Below, in pieces: positions 10,101 through 18,925 of a stretch of DNA of 64,000 bases. Below the pieces are notes generated by a model. The model worked only from the letters and a program-made list of their open reading frames with translations. It did not search any database and had not been told where the DNA came from. Positions within the stretch are counted from its first letter, which is position 1. Each line of letters opens with the position of its first letter. Source of the stretch: a virus; IMG/VR virus record IMGVR_UViG_3300045988_175328, positions 160,001 through 224,000 of that record. One strand, written 5' to 3'. The position numbers were made by a program, and so were the translations under genes.

Positions 10101-12141
10101 AGCTAAAGCTACTAAGGAAGAATTGGCTGCTAAAGCTAATGCAAGCGACTTAACTCCTTTAGCCACTAAAGAAGAAGTTAATACTAAAGCACAAGAATTA
10201 ACGACAGCTATCGAAGCTAAAACAACTCTTGATGCAGTGAAAGCAGTATATGATCCTAAGATCGAAACTATTAATTCTAAAGATGCTGAGCAAGATGCTA
10301 AGATTCAAGCTAATACTACAGCTCTTGAAGGTAAAGCTAATACATCTGCTTTAGAAACATTAGCAACAAAAGAAGAGGTTGCTGGCAAAGCCGACAAATC
10401 TCAATTGTTAGCTCTTGCTACTAAAGAAGAATTAGCTCTTAAAGCAGATGCTGCTACATTATCTTCTTACTTAACTGGCGAACAAGCTACTGGCTTATAT
10501 GCTCCAAAAGAAGCAACAGCTAATGCTATTGAAGAAGTTAAACGAGATGTTACTACAATTCGTGATACCACAATCGATGCAAAAGTAACAGCTAAACTTG
10601 GCGAAGAATTACCAAAATACCAATTAAAAGGTAATTATGTAACTCGTGAAACTGCTGACGCTACATACCAACCTATCGGTCAATATGTAACGACAGAAAA
10701 AGCTAATGAACTTCATCAAGAAGCATTAGGTAAAGCAGCCGAAGCTAAATCTGCAGCCGATACTGTAACAAATACTGTAACGACTACTCTTCCAACTCTT
10801 GCAACTAAAGAAGAAGTTGGCACCGCTAAAACTGAAGTTCTTTCTTCTGTTGAAGCTGGATACGTTAAAAAAACTGCTCTTGCTGATTACGTTACAACTG
10901 CAAAACATACAGAAGACTTAACAACTAAAGAAACTGAGATTAAAGCCTTCGCCGAAGAAACTTATCTTAAAAAATCTGACGCTAAAAAAGTTGGTCTTAC
11001 TGAACAAGATGTTGACAGCATTGTCGATAATAAATTAGTTGATGTTAAAGAAGCTGTAAAAACAGTAACAGAAATCAAAGCTAATGTCGGTAAAAATCAA
11101 TCTAGCGTAGAAGGCATTATTGCTACTTTATCTGAAAAAGCATCGAAAGAAGAAACTAAAGATCTTGCATCTAAAGTTCTTTTAAATCAAACTAAAGAAG
11201 CATTAGAACAATCTATCCAAGCTCAAGTTCAAGCTTTAGCTGAAGCTAAACAAGCATTAGAACAAGCTATTTCTTCTCAACATGATTCTGATATCGCGGC
11301 ATTCCAAACTAAAGCTGATTTCGCGACATGGTTAACTGATACTTATACAGCAGCTATTAATCAAATCAAAACTGATATGATGACAGCTGAAAAAACTGGT
11401 ACAGCTATCGACGAAAAATTAAAAACTTTCCGCACAACATTAGATTCTGTATTCCAACCTATCGGTGATTACATTACTCGTGAAGAGTTTAATCGCAACA
11501 CTCCTGGTTATATCACTAAAACAGAATCTGATCGTTTGTATCAAGGTATTGGTAACTATGCAACAGCTACTGATGTTGAATCTCAAATCAATGCTGTTAA
11601 ACAAACTATTCAAGGTATTCAATCTGCAGCTAATAATGCATTAACTCTTGATGGAGCTAAAGCAGTATTCGCGTTGAAAGGTGATTATTTCACTCGTGCC
11701 GATCTTGAAACTATTGCTAAAGATTCTGCTTTTGCAACAGTTATCAATCAAGCGATTGCTTCTCAAAACTTCTTAGACTCTGCAACAGCAGAATCTCGTT
11801 ACCAACGTAAAGGTAATTTTGCAACAAAAGAAGAAGTTCAACAATTAATCGATGGCGCAGGATTATCCTCTGATCAAAGTGCAGCTCTTGCTAAACTTGA
11901 AGGTTTCGATAAAGCAAACTATGTTCTTAAAGAAACTTACGATACTAAAGTTCAAGCTCTTCAAGCTGAGATCGATGCTCTTAAATCTAAACCAGCAGTA
12001 GCACAATCTGGTGCAGCTGCTACTCGTCCATCTCAAAATCTAGTTGCTGGACAAATGTTCTTCAATACTGACACAAAAGCAATGGAATACTACGATGGCA
12101 CTCAATGGGTATCTCCATTAACAGCTACTCGTATTTCTTAA
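7129..12141 (+). CDS. giant fibrous protein (1670 aa), tail fibre/whisker-like
   Basis: The N-terminal ~450 aa is an A/K/E coiled coil. There are many LATKEE(L/V)xAKANASDLT(S/P) and xAD..YQPKG(E/N)Y repeats. The C-terminus TRPSQNLVAGQMFFNTDTKAMEYYDGTQWVS resembles the RP..G..FxT....W.dG..W motif of phage fibre tips. Confidence 0.7.
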   Translation: MLKSRIHFGLYDPRKDRGINFNGGNGGSVTPSAPTTDLTDLSNAVKAADQAVKAAEQKLAETKATADSNKEKTAENNSLAKAAQAAADVAKASAELAKAEAAAAKAKGEEAVGLANAGTAKANEVEAKAQEAKVAADAAKEAADAAKAAIEEVKALAQEAKQKAEQAAAGNATPSAPASDPAAARKAEEAKQEAAAAKAAVEEAKPKVEAAKQAADEAKAKAEELGPKIEEAKTLARKAQEDANLAKAGLEEVKPKIDAAKQTAEDAKTKADEAKAAIDGLKEKNDELKQKVNEALTAVQGQNDGISEAKTKAADALGKANETLQKFPVLDAKVDTAKEVAEAAKAKANEVEAIANAANEAALATNRAISELTPKVEEAKTLATEAKEKANEVEGKATEAKTAAGEATAKAEAADTKAQGVKEAVDTLKQEIAADKENIKATYLPKTEAAAMYQPKGEYVSLTELAEKIREANDGDLKATDADAKYATKAEIEALNKAMTPEAVAQIKKAIQVLQDNPDLMEQIAKKANADTVYTKEQMDHDLQELRKLITDLETKVKEPGEAPDLTQFVKLSELSEKVLALVDLTPYLTKEEAERTYLKKVDLPDIEAIKTQLATKLDESALQTVTQTLELLVTDVQANKADVLKYKQQITEANDNAAAAKAKAEGLEPRVAGIEEKQEFVKRTVMEASAKADAAGGQIQSIREFIDNLHVPEVSGFATKKEVAGKADKSQLEALATKEELGAKANASDLTSLATKEEVAAKANASDLTSLATKEEVAAKANASDLTSLATKEELQAKANASDLTSLATKEELATKANASDLTPLATKEEVNAVDTKATGLTTRVETLENATHFTKAEADEAYQPKGEYALKSQLDAIAGLDSATVEKLKAMLTDLEANGNVAAIVEKLGKVYTKEEANGLLAALATKEEIADVVKSPALAALKQELETAIEANATKEELAAKANASDLTPLATKEELTAKAQELTTVIEAKATKEELAAKANASDLTPLATKEEVNTKAQELTTAIEAKTTLDAVKAVYDPKIETINSKDAEQDAKIQANTTALEGKANTSALETLATKEEVAGKADKSQLLALATKEELALKADAATLSSYLTGEQATGLYAPKEATANAIEEVKRDVTTIRDTTIDAKVTAKLGEELPKYQLKGNYVTRETADATYQPIGQYVTTEKANELHQEALGKAAEAKSAADTVTNTVTTTLPTLATKEEVGTAKTEVLSSVEAGYVKKTALADYVTTAKHTEDLTTKETEIKAFAEETYLKKSDAKKVGLTEQDVDSIVDNKLVDVKEAVKTVTEIKANVGKNQSSVEGIIATLSEKASKEETKDLASKVLLNQTKEALEQSIQAQVQALAEAKQALEQAISSQHDSDIAAFQTKADFATWLTDTYTAAINQIKTDMMTAEKTGTAIDEKLKTFRTTLDSVFQPIGDYITREEFNRNTPGYITKTESDRLYQGIGNYATATDVESQINAVKQTIQGIQSAANNALTLDGAKAVFALKGDYFTRADLETIAKDSAFATVINQAIASQNFLDSATAESRYQRKGNFATKEEVQQLIDGAGLSSDQSAALAKLEGFDKANYVLKETYDTKVQALQAEIDALKSKPAVAQSGAAATRPSQNLVAGQMFFNTDTKAMEYYDGTQWVSPLTATRIS
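9331..9630 (+). repeat. 54-nt (18-aa) tandem repeat, about 5.5 copies, inside the 1670-aa gene
   Basis: LATKEE(V/L)xAKANASDLTS is repeated head-to-tail. Looser copies occur at about 10000-10200 and 10340-10440. Confidence 0.8.
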
Positions 12142-12156
12142 TCTAATTATTAATTA

Positions 12157-12186
12157 AGAGGCGGTTTAACTGCCGCCTCTTTTTTA
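12157..12186 (+). terminator. intrinsic terminator
   Basis: AGAGGCGG / CCGCCTCT stem followed by TTTTT. Confidence 0.75.
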
Positions 12187-12204
12187 CTTAAGAAAGGAAA
12201 TTTT

Positions 12205-13125
12205 ATGTCAGAAAAAGACGTTAAAAAAATTGCGTTCTGTTCTTTAGATGAATATAAAACAATTCAAAAAGAAGAAGGAACGGAATATATTATCGACGCT
12301 GCCGATATTTCTGAAGCGATTACAAATAGTGACGCAATTGATCCTGGGCATTCATCAGAAAGCCATACGTCTAAAGAAGAGGTATGTAAATTTCCAGTTT
12401 TTGTTAGAAGATTTTTTGTCCGAAAAGAATCTGATGAAGAAGGCGCTAGTTATTTTTGTGTAGATGTTCATAAAACTTTTGGCGGGTATAAACAAGAATT
12501 AAAAAGTGATAATTATTTTTATTTATCAAAAAGTCATTTTTCTAATATTGATTTTTCTACTAATTCTCATTTTGAACATACTGTAAAAACAATTACATCT
12601 TATGGAAAAAAATATTATATTCATTATTTTAAGATGATCCCACATTCTGGAGCAGAAAGCTCAGCCTTTACTATGGGAAGCTATAAGAGTAAATATAATA
12701 TTTATTTGTCTACTTCTTTAAATGTTCCATCTGATTATATTAAAATTTATGAATCATATAATTTAGATAACATCAGTATTTATAATGAAGAACTTGATCT
12801 TGAGCCATATATTTATCTTGATGATATGAAGTATGGTTATACTCAACCGTTTATTATAGAAGCTACCTCTGAAGAAATTCCAGAACAGTATCGAGAAAAA
12901 TTTGAAGAATATAAACATAAATTCATAGATCATTTCAATCAATCTAAAATGAAATTTTATGTTATACCAAAAGAATATGGTAAGTACATTAATATCGACG
13001 AGCGAGATTTTCAAGATTCAAAGTTATTCGAAAAAGATATTTTTTTTGATAATTACAATAACATTCCTGAAGATCAAGAGTATTTATTTTTAATGATGTA
13101 TTTTCAAGAATTTAAATTAAATTAA
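12205..13125 (+). CDS. putative receptor-binding/fibre protein with shared N-terminal cassette
   Basis: The first ~50 aa (KIAFCSLDEYKTIQKEEGTEYIIDAADISEAITNSDAI) are near-identical in pattern to 13135-14079, while the C-termini are unrelated. Confidence 0.5.
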   Translation: MSEKDVKKIAFCSLDEYKTIQKEEGTEYIIDAADISEAITNSDAIDPGHSSESHTSKEEVCKFPVFVRRFFVRKESDEEGASYFCVDVHKTFGGYKQELKSDNYFYLSKSHFSNIDFSTNSHFEHTVKTITSYGKKYYIHYFKMIPHSGAESSAFTMGSYKSKYNIYLSTSLNVPSDYIKIYESYNLDNISIYNEELDLEPYIYLDDMKYGYTQPFIIEATSEEIPEQYREKFEEYKHKFIDHFNQSKMKFYVIPKEYGKYINIDERDFQDSKLFEKDIFFDNYNNIPEDQEYLFLMMYFQEFKLN

Positions 13126-13134
13126 TAGGTAAAG

Positions 13135-14079
13135 ATGTCTCAAGATAAAGTAAATAAAATTGTATTTTGTTCTTTAGATGAGTATAAAACTCTAAGTAAG
13201 GAAGAAAATACAGGATATATAATCGATGCTAAAGATGTCTCTGAGGCTATTACAAACAGTGATACTATAGAATCTGGTGGACATAGTTCTGAAGGTCATT
13301 CTGTCGATCCGAATCAAGAACCTGATTTTATCTGGCTGCCACATCTTTATAAAAAGTTTGATTTACAAAATGTAAAAGAGCCAGCATCTTTAGAATATGA
13401 AACGAATAATCCAAGTAGAATTGGGTATGCGAAACCAGTTATTTTTCAAGGGACATTAAAAAATAAGCAAATACAATTACTCGATAATGTAATTAATTAC
13501 GATGCTTTAACTGAAGTTAATATCGGCAATATTTCAATCGACAAATTTAATAATTTGTCTCTTTTGAGGATTCCACTAAATAAAGAGAAGTTGCCCTTTT
13601 TCTTTAAAGGCAATACTCAAGAGAAAATTTTTCCTGTGTTATCTACACTTTCTGAGTCTACTTCTTCTTCTGAATTTCCAATTCCTTTTGTTTATTATTC
13701 TGTAGGAGAATCTAGTTCATTTTCCTTTTCTGCTAATGATCGGGACTATTATTTTAGCAATCCTATATATAATTCTACCGATAAAACATCTGAATGGAGT
13801 TTTTATCTTGATGAAGAAAGAAATTATTACATTCAAAGTTCTTTTATCGAAACAAAAGAAATAAAAGAAATGCAAGATGGACCAGAAAAAGAAGCAGCTA
13901 AAAAAGAAAGAAAAACAAAGCTAGTTGAAAAGCTAAAGAATCAGAATAATTTATTTTACTTCTGTGGAGTCGATTATTTCCAATTTAGTAATATTCAAGA
14001 GCCTCCTGATGCTGAAAATTTTAATTGGTTTAACATTGGAGATTTAAAAGTACGATTCAAAAAACTTCACCGTTCCTAA
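13135..14079 (+). CDS. putative receptor-binding/fibre protein with shared N-terminal cassette
   Basis: KIVFCSLDEYKTLSKEENTGYIIDAKDVSEAITNSDTI at the N-terminus, with a divergent C-terminus. Confidence 0.5.
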   Translation: MSQDKVNKIVFCSLDEYKTLSKEENTGYIIDAKDVSEAITNSDTIESGGHSSEGHSVDPNQEPDFIWLPHLYKKFDLQNVKEPASLEYETNNPSRIGYAKPVIFQGTLKNKQIQLLDNVINYDALTEVNIGNISIDKFNNLSLLRIPLNKEKLPFFFKGNTQEKIFPVLSTLSESTSSSEFPIPFVYYSVGESSSFSFSANDRDYYFSNPIYNSTDKTSEWSFYLDEERNYYIQSSFIETKEIKEMQDGPEKEAAKKERKTKLVEKLKNQNNLFYFCGVDYFQFSNIQEPPDAENFNWFNIGDLKVRFKKLHRS

Positions 14080-14098
14080 TTAATAGAAAGAGATACCG

Positions 14099-14452
14099 TT
14101 GAGCTTACTTAGTTTTACCTTCGCAGAGATTCTATCCCTCGTCATTGGTTGTATCACTATTTGCGGTACAATCATTGGGGCCTACGACAAACGGATCTCT
14201 GTCTTACGAGACAATGAAATACTTAAACTTCGTCTCGAATTAGAATCAGTTTATAAAGACAATCGACATACCGTCGAAATGAATACTGACGCTATCAATA
14301 CATTAGCTCTCAGTATTAATAAGCTTAATGAAGCCGTTGACTTAATGCAAGAAAAAATGGTTAATTTAACGGCTGAGCAAAGCGCAGTCAAAGAGTCTCT
14401 TAAAATTGCGCATAAACGTATCACAGAGCTCCACGACTATCACCATCAATAA
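14099..14452 (+). CDS. small membrane-anchored coiled-coil protein
   Basis: TTG start. N-terminal TM helix (LSLVIGCITICGTIIGAY) followed by a coiled coil. Confidence 0.4.
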   Translation: MSLLSFTFAEILSLVIGCITICGTIIGAYDKRISVLRDNEILKLRLELESVYKDNRHTVEMNTDAINTLALSINKLNEAVDLMQEKMVNLTAEQSAVKESLKIAHKRITELHDYHHQ

Positions 14453-14458
14453 TATTTC

Positions 14459-14492
14459 GGGCGGGATATTATCATATATCTCGCCCCTTTTT
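14459..14492 (+). terminator. intrinsic terminator
   Basis: GGGCGGGATAT / ATATCTCGCCC stem followed by CTTTTT. Confidence 0.65.
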
Positions 14493-14512
14493 ACTAACAA
14501 AAAGGATTGTTA

Positions 14513-16885
14513 ATGTCAGAAAATATTAAAGATATTCGATTAGTTACTGCCGAAAAATATAAAGAGTTTACGACAGATAATATATCTGACGATAACATTG
14601 CATATCTTATCAATTCTGGTGAACTTCTTCTTAAAACAGAATTTGATACGTTCAAAGAAACAGTTCCGACAAAAGAACAAGTTTCTTCGACATATGCAGA
14701 AAAAACATCTTTAGCTCCTTACGAAACTAAAGAGAATGCCGAAGCTCTTTATTTAAAAAAGAGTGACGCAGAAACTACGTATTTGCAACCAAAAGATTTA
14801 GAAAATATTCCTAAAAAATCTGACTTAAATCTATATCTTACAAAAGAATCGGCTTCTTCTGCTTACGCGACAAAAGAAGAAATAGGTACTTTTATTACGA
14901 CAGAAACTGCAGAGAGAGCTTTTCTAAAAAAAGAAACTGCCGATTCTACGTATGCAGCAAAATCTGAAATTCCAGATGTAAGCTCTTTTCTTACAAGTAA
15001 AACGGCAGAAGAAACATACGCTAAAAAAGATCAGCTCAATAATTTATTAACGACAGATGTCGCTGACTCTACGTATTTAAAACAAGACACTGCGTCTTCT
15101 ACATATGCATTAAAATCAGAGATTCCGGCTTTAGATCCGTATGTAACAAAAGATTCAGCGAACTCTACATATGCCTTAAAAACAGATCTTAACAATATAC
15201 CGACAGAAGCATCTATTTCTGAAACATACGTAAAGAAAACAGATCTTAACCTCGATACATATGTAACGAAAGATACAGCGTCTTCTACTTACGCGACAAA
15301 AGAAGAGTTAACTCCTCTTTTAAGATCTGCTTCTGCCGAAGAAACGTACCTTAAAAAAGCTGACCTTAATCTTGATCCATACTTAACTAAAGATACGGCT
15401 TCTTCCTCTTATGCGACTAAAAATGAAATCGCTAATTTCTTAACGGAAACATCTGCCGATTCTTCTTATGCTAAGAAAGAAGAGTTAACTCCTCTTTTAA
15501 CAACAGCCGCTGCCGAAGAAACATATCTTAAGAAGAATGATGTTCATCTCGATACATATCTTACAAAAGATACAGCATCTTCAACTTATGCATTAAAAAC
15601 AGATCTTACTCCATTTGTGACAACTGAATCTATTGAAGCTACTTATTTAAAGAAATCTGATAGCGAAAATTTCTTAACTAAGAATATTGCTTCTTCTACA
15701 TACTTAAGTAAAACTGATGCTGAGTCTCTTTACATTCCTAAAACAGAAGAACAATCTTTCTTAAAAACAGAAACTGCAGATTCTGTATATTTAACTAAAA
15801 ATGATGCAGAGTCTACTTATATGAAAAAAGGATCGGCGCTAACTGAAGAAGAAGCGAATTCTCTTTTCGCCAAAAAATCAGAAATCCCGACTGGTTATGC
15901 TGCGCAATCAGAAGTAGAATCGACATACTTAAAAAAATCTGATGCAGAGTCCACGTATTTAAAGACAGCAACGGCTGCTTCTACGTACGCATTAAAATCT
16001 CAGATTCCTTCTGCCGATACGTTCGTAACGAAAGAATCGGCTGAAAAAACATATTTAAAATCTGCTGATGCTGATACTAAGTATGCTTTAAAATCTGAGG
16101 TTGGTTCTTCTACAGCAAGCGGTTCTTTTACAAAAGAAATAGCCGATAACACATATTTATCGAAAGAGACTGCAGAATCTACATACTTAAAAACAGCAAC
16201 AGCTGCTTCTACGTATGCGTTAAAATCTAGTATCCCTTCCTTATCTGATTATTTAACAAAAGATTCGGCGGCATCTACATATTTAACGACCGCAAAGGCC
16301 GATGAAGTTTATCAAAAAAAATCAGAATTAATTACTGCTCTTGATAACTATGTTACAAAAAAACTTGCGAACGAAACTTTTGTTACACAAGATTCTTTAA
16401 ATAAACAAAAAGTTCTACTTCATTCTATAAAAGAAATTACTCCGCAAGGCGTTAAAGGTACTGCTAAGATTTCTTTTAATCGTACTGATAATATTGTTCA
16501 AGTAACATTTGGCGGTCTTTCTTGGGGCATGTTCAATGTTCTTCCATTTGATCAACTCAAGAAAACTCGTGAAGTAAATGGATATAAATGGTTCATGTTC
16601 ACGAAAACAAGCAACAACCGAGATTACACTCATACTCATGTTGTTCCTGAAGGATATCGATCTGAAGGTTCCGTCATTACAACAATCTGTCTCGATAGCG
16701 GCGAACCGATCGGAACTATGTATCTCGGCGGCAAAGATGATATGAATATTATTGTACTTCGTATTGCTAACGATAAAGTACAAAGTGCTCTTGACAAAGG
16801 ATTCCGAGTATCCCCAGCATTCTATCTTACTACCGATGCTCTTCCTCAAGAAACACGCGGTAATAAAATTCAGGTACCACAATAA
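14513..16885 (+). CDS. repeat-rich tail fibre (about 790 aa)
   Basis: The ATG at 14513 is preferred over the track start (SD AAAGGA). The N-terminus has the V-T-x-E-K-Y-K fibre motif. About 25 degenerate repeats of the form TK(D/E)(T/S)A(S/D)STYAxK(S/T)(D/E)(I/L) precede a globular C-terminal domain. Confidence 0.7.
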   Translation: MSENIKDIRLVTAEKYKEFTTDNISDDNIAYLINSGELLLKTEFDTFKETVPTKEQVSSTYAEKTSLAPYETKENAEALYLKKSDAETTYLQPKDLENIPKKSDLNLYLTKESASSAYATKEEIGTFITTETAERAFLKKETADSTYAAKSEIPDVSSFLTSKTAEETYAKKDQLNNLLTTDVADSTYLKQDTASSTYALKSEIPALDPYVTKDSANSTYALKTDLNNIPTEASISETYVKKTDLNLDTYVTKDTASSTYATKEELTPLLRSASAEETYLKKADLNLDPYLTKDTASSSYATKNEIANFLTETSADSSYAKKEELTPLLTTAAAEETYLKKNDVHLDTYLTKDTASSTYALKTDLTPFVTTESIEATYLKKSDSENFLTKNIASSTYLSKTDAESLYIPKTEEQSFLKTETADSVYLTKNDAESTYMKKGSALTEEEANSLFAKKSEIPTGYAAQSEVESTYLKKSDAESTYLKTATAASTYALKSQIPSADTFVTKESAEKTYLKSADADTKYALKSEVGSSTASGSFTKEIADNTYLSKETAESTYLKTATAASTYALKSSIPSLSDYLTKDSAASTYLTTAKADEVYQKKSELITALDNYVTKKLANETFVTQDSLNKQKVLLHSIKEITPQGVKGTAKISFNRTDNIVQVTFGGLSWGMFNVLPFDQLKKTREVNGYKWFMFTKTSNNRDYTHTHVVPEGYRSEGSVITTICLDSGEPIGTMYLGGKDDMNIIVLRIANDKVQSALDKGFRVSPAFYLTTDALPQETRGNKIQVPQ

Positions 16886-17145
16886 TGAAAAATCTTTTTA
16901 AAATGATGCTCTATGAAAACGATCAGTTAAGCTACACACGAATCATTTCGTTCACTTTACTTTTACTGCTTGTATTCGTAACACTTTATCTTGTAATTTC
17001 TGATACGGCTTGGCAGCATTATGAGACACTTGCCGGCATTGCTGGCGGCGGATCAACAGCTACACAAGTCGCGAATAAATTAATTAACAGTAAATACAAT
17101 TCGGCAGTTGGATCTTACGAACAAAAAAGCGATCGAGAAATATGA
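16885..17145 (+). CDS. small membrane protein, holin-like
   Basis: 86 aa with a TM segment (IISFTLLLLLVFVTLYLVI), located next to fibre and amidase genes. Confidence 0.35.
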   Translation: MKNLFKMMLYENDQLSYTRIISFTLLLLLVFVTLYLVISDTAWQHYETLAGIAGGGSTATQVANKLINSKYNSAVGSYEQKSDREI

Positions 17146-18350
17146 GAAAAATAAAAGCACCAAAATTAAAAATTAATGTGCTTTCCTCTGAAGACTTTAA
17201 GAGAGCGTCGACAAACGCTCTCTTTAAAGATAGCGAAGTATATATCCTCTCGAAGGACTCCATACTGGATCTTTACCGAGATTTAACTTCGCTCTCTCAA
17301 GGAAAGCAAACTAAATTACATCCGAAAAATACTTCGATTCTTTTATCGCCGAACGGCGAGATCGAAGCTAATATAGATTTATCTCCGTACTACACACGAT
17401 CCGAAGCGTTAAAACAATTCGTATCACGTAGCGAACAGCCCGATAATAGCTACTATTCTAATTTAGTACGGGATTTCTTTAAAGCCGATAAGATTAAAGG
17501 CGCCGGTCTTATTAATGTGACTCGGAATGAAGATGTTTACACCGTATCGTCTTCAATGCCGTTCTCGTTTGATAATAACCGCATCCATATTGGCGACGGT
17601 ACTGGCGGTAATGCCGGTACAACAATTGGCCATAACTCTTCGGCACAGCATTCTAATTCTGTAGCTCTTGGCTCCGATTCGGTTGCTACGCTTCCGAATG
17701 AAGTATCGGTTGGCAACTCTCAAACTAAACGTAAAATTACGAATGTCGATAAAGGTGTTGAACCAACTGATGTCGTAACGGTAGCTCAATTACAAGAAGC
17801 AATTAATACTGTTAAAAATAATCTTACGAATATTGCTTCTCAGCTTTATCCGATCGGGGCTGTTTACATTACAGTACTTACTCATAACCCGACCGATCTT
17901 TTCGGTGGTCAGTGGGTTAAGCTTCCGGCCGGCAAAATGCTTATTAATGAAGGCGACGGATTTAATCTTAATGAAATCGGCGGCGAGAAAGAGCATGTAT
18001 TAACTGAAGCCGAGATGCCAGGGCATGCACATGTATTAGATGGCAAAGGAAGAATTCAAACAAATACTGTTGAACTAAAGGGGAATATCTCTTATTCTCA
18101 ATCTGGTGACAATGGAGGTGGCTTAGCTAAATATAGATCATCTAATGGTATTGTTAAAGTTGAATCTTATTACGGAGAACAGACAAGAAAAGGTGATAGT
18201 GGAGATTCTGCTATTAATCTTAATATTGATGCTTCTCACTCTCATATATTAGATTTGTCTTCTCTATCAATGCAACGAGCCGGCTCCTCTGTGGCTCATA
18301 ACAATATGCCACCATATCTTGTCGTTAATATGTGGAAACGTGTCGGTTAA
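17142..18350 (+). CDS. tail fibre with YadA-like neck motif and phage tail-collar domain
   Basis: SVALGSDSVATLPNEVSVGNSQTKRKITNVDKGVEPTDVVTVAQL resembles the YadA/Hia neck. YPIGAVYITV..NPTDLFGGQWVKLPAG..GGEKEHVLTEAEMPGHAH and NMPPYLVVNMWKR match the tail-collar pattern. Confidence 0.7.
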   Translation: MRKIKAPKLKINVLSSEDFKRASTNALFKDSEVYILSKDSILDLYRDLTSLSQGKQTKLHPKNTSILLSPNGEIEANIDLSPYYTRSEALKQFVSRSEQPDNSYYSNLVRDFFKADKIKGAGLINVTRNEDVYTVSSSMPFSFDNNRIHIGDGTGGNAGTTIGHNSSAQHSNSVALGSDSVATLPNEVSVGNSQTKRKITNVDKGVEPTDVVTVAQLQEAINTVKNNLTNIASQLYPIGAVYITVLTHNPTDLFGGQWVKLPAGKMLINEGDGFNLNEIGGEKEHVLTEAEMPGHAHVLDGKGRIQTNTVELKGNISYSQSGDNGGGLAKYRSSNGIVKVESYYGEQTRKGDSGDSAINLNIDASHSHILDLSSLSMQRAGSSVAHNNMPPYLVVNMWKRVG

Positions 18351-18367
18351 TACGAAAGGATTTCTTA

Positions 18368-18925
18368 ATGCAATTAACTAAAGATCAATTACTTAATACA
18401 TGCGAAGAACAAGGCTATAATAATACAAAGATTACTCTTCATTGGTCAGCCGGCCATTATGATCAGTTATTCGATGACTATCATCTTTGTATCGATGGTA
18501 ATGGTAACTTCCATCAGATGAAAGATTTTAGTGAAGTCGGCGCCCATTGCTATCGTGAGAATACGAATAACTTCGGCATCTCGGTATGCTCGAACTACAA
18601 TTCCGGCCTCTACGAAAACTCTCCGGGATATTTTACGTACGAACCAGGACCAGAACCTGTTAATTATAATCAACTCGAATCGCTTGCACATGCTGTAGCC
18701 GTATGCTGCGTTACTTGGGGATTACCGTTATCGCAAGTATTTACTCACGGCGAACGTTGTTTAATTCGTCAAGACCTCTACGACTACGAAACAGAACGTT
18801 GGGATCTCGATATCCTCGTTCCAGAATGTCACGTACGCAAGACATCGCCAACGACAACATCTGGTGGCGACTGGATTCGTAACCGAGCACGAGAACTTGC
18901 TAAGAGCTGGGGGACGGAGCTCTAA
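18368..18925 (+). CDS. N-acetylmuramoyl-L-alanine amidase-like (amidase_2/PGRP-type), possibly virion-associated
   Basis: ITLHWSAGHY..YHLCIDGNGNFHQ..GAHCYRENTNNFGISV..THGE matches the amidase_2 pattern. The ATG at 18368 has an AAAGGA SD. The gene lies between two fibre genes. Confidence 0.55.
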   Translation: MQLTKDQLLNTCEEQGYNNTKITLHWSAGHYDQLFDDYHLCIDGNGNFHQMKDFSEVGAHCYRENTNNFGISVCSNYNSGLYENSPGYFTYEPGPEPVNYNQLESLAHAVAVCCVTWGLPLSQVFTHGERCLIRQDLYDYETERWDLDILVPECHVRKTSPTTTSGGDWIRNRARELAKSWGTEL

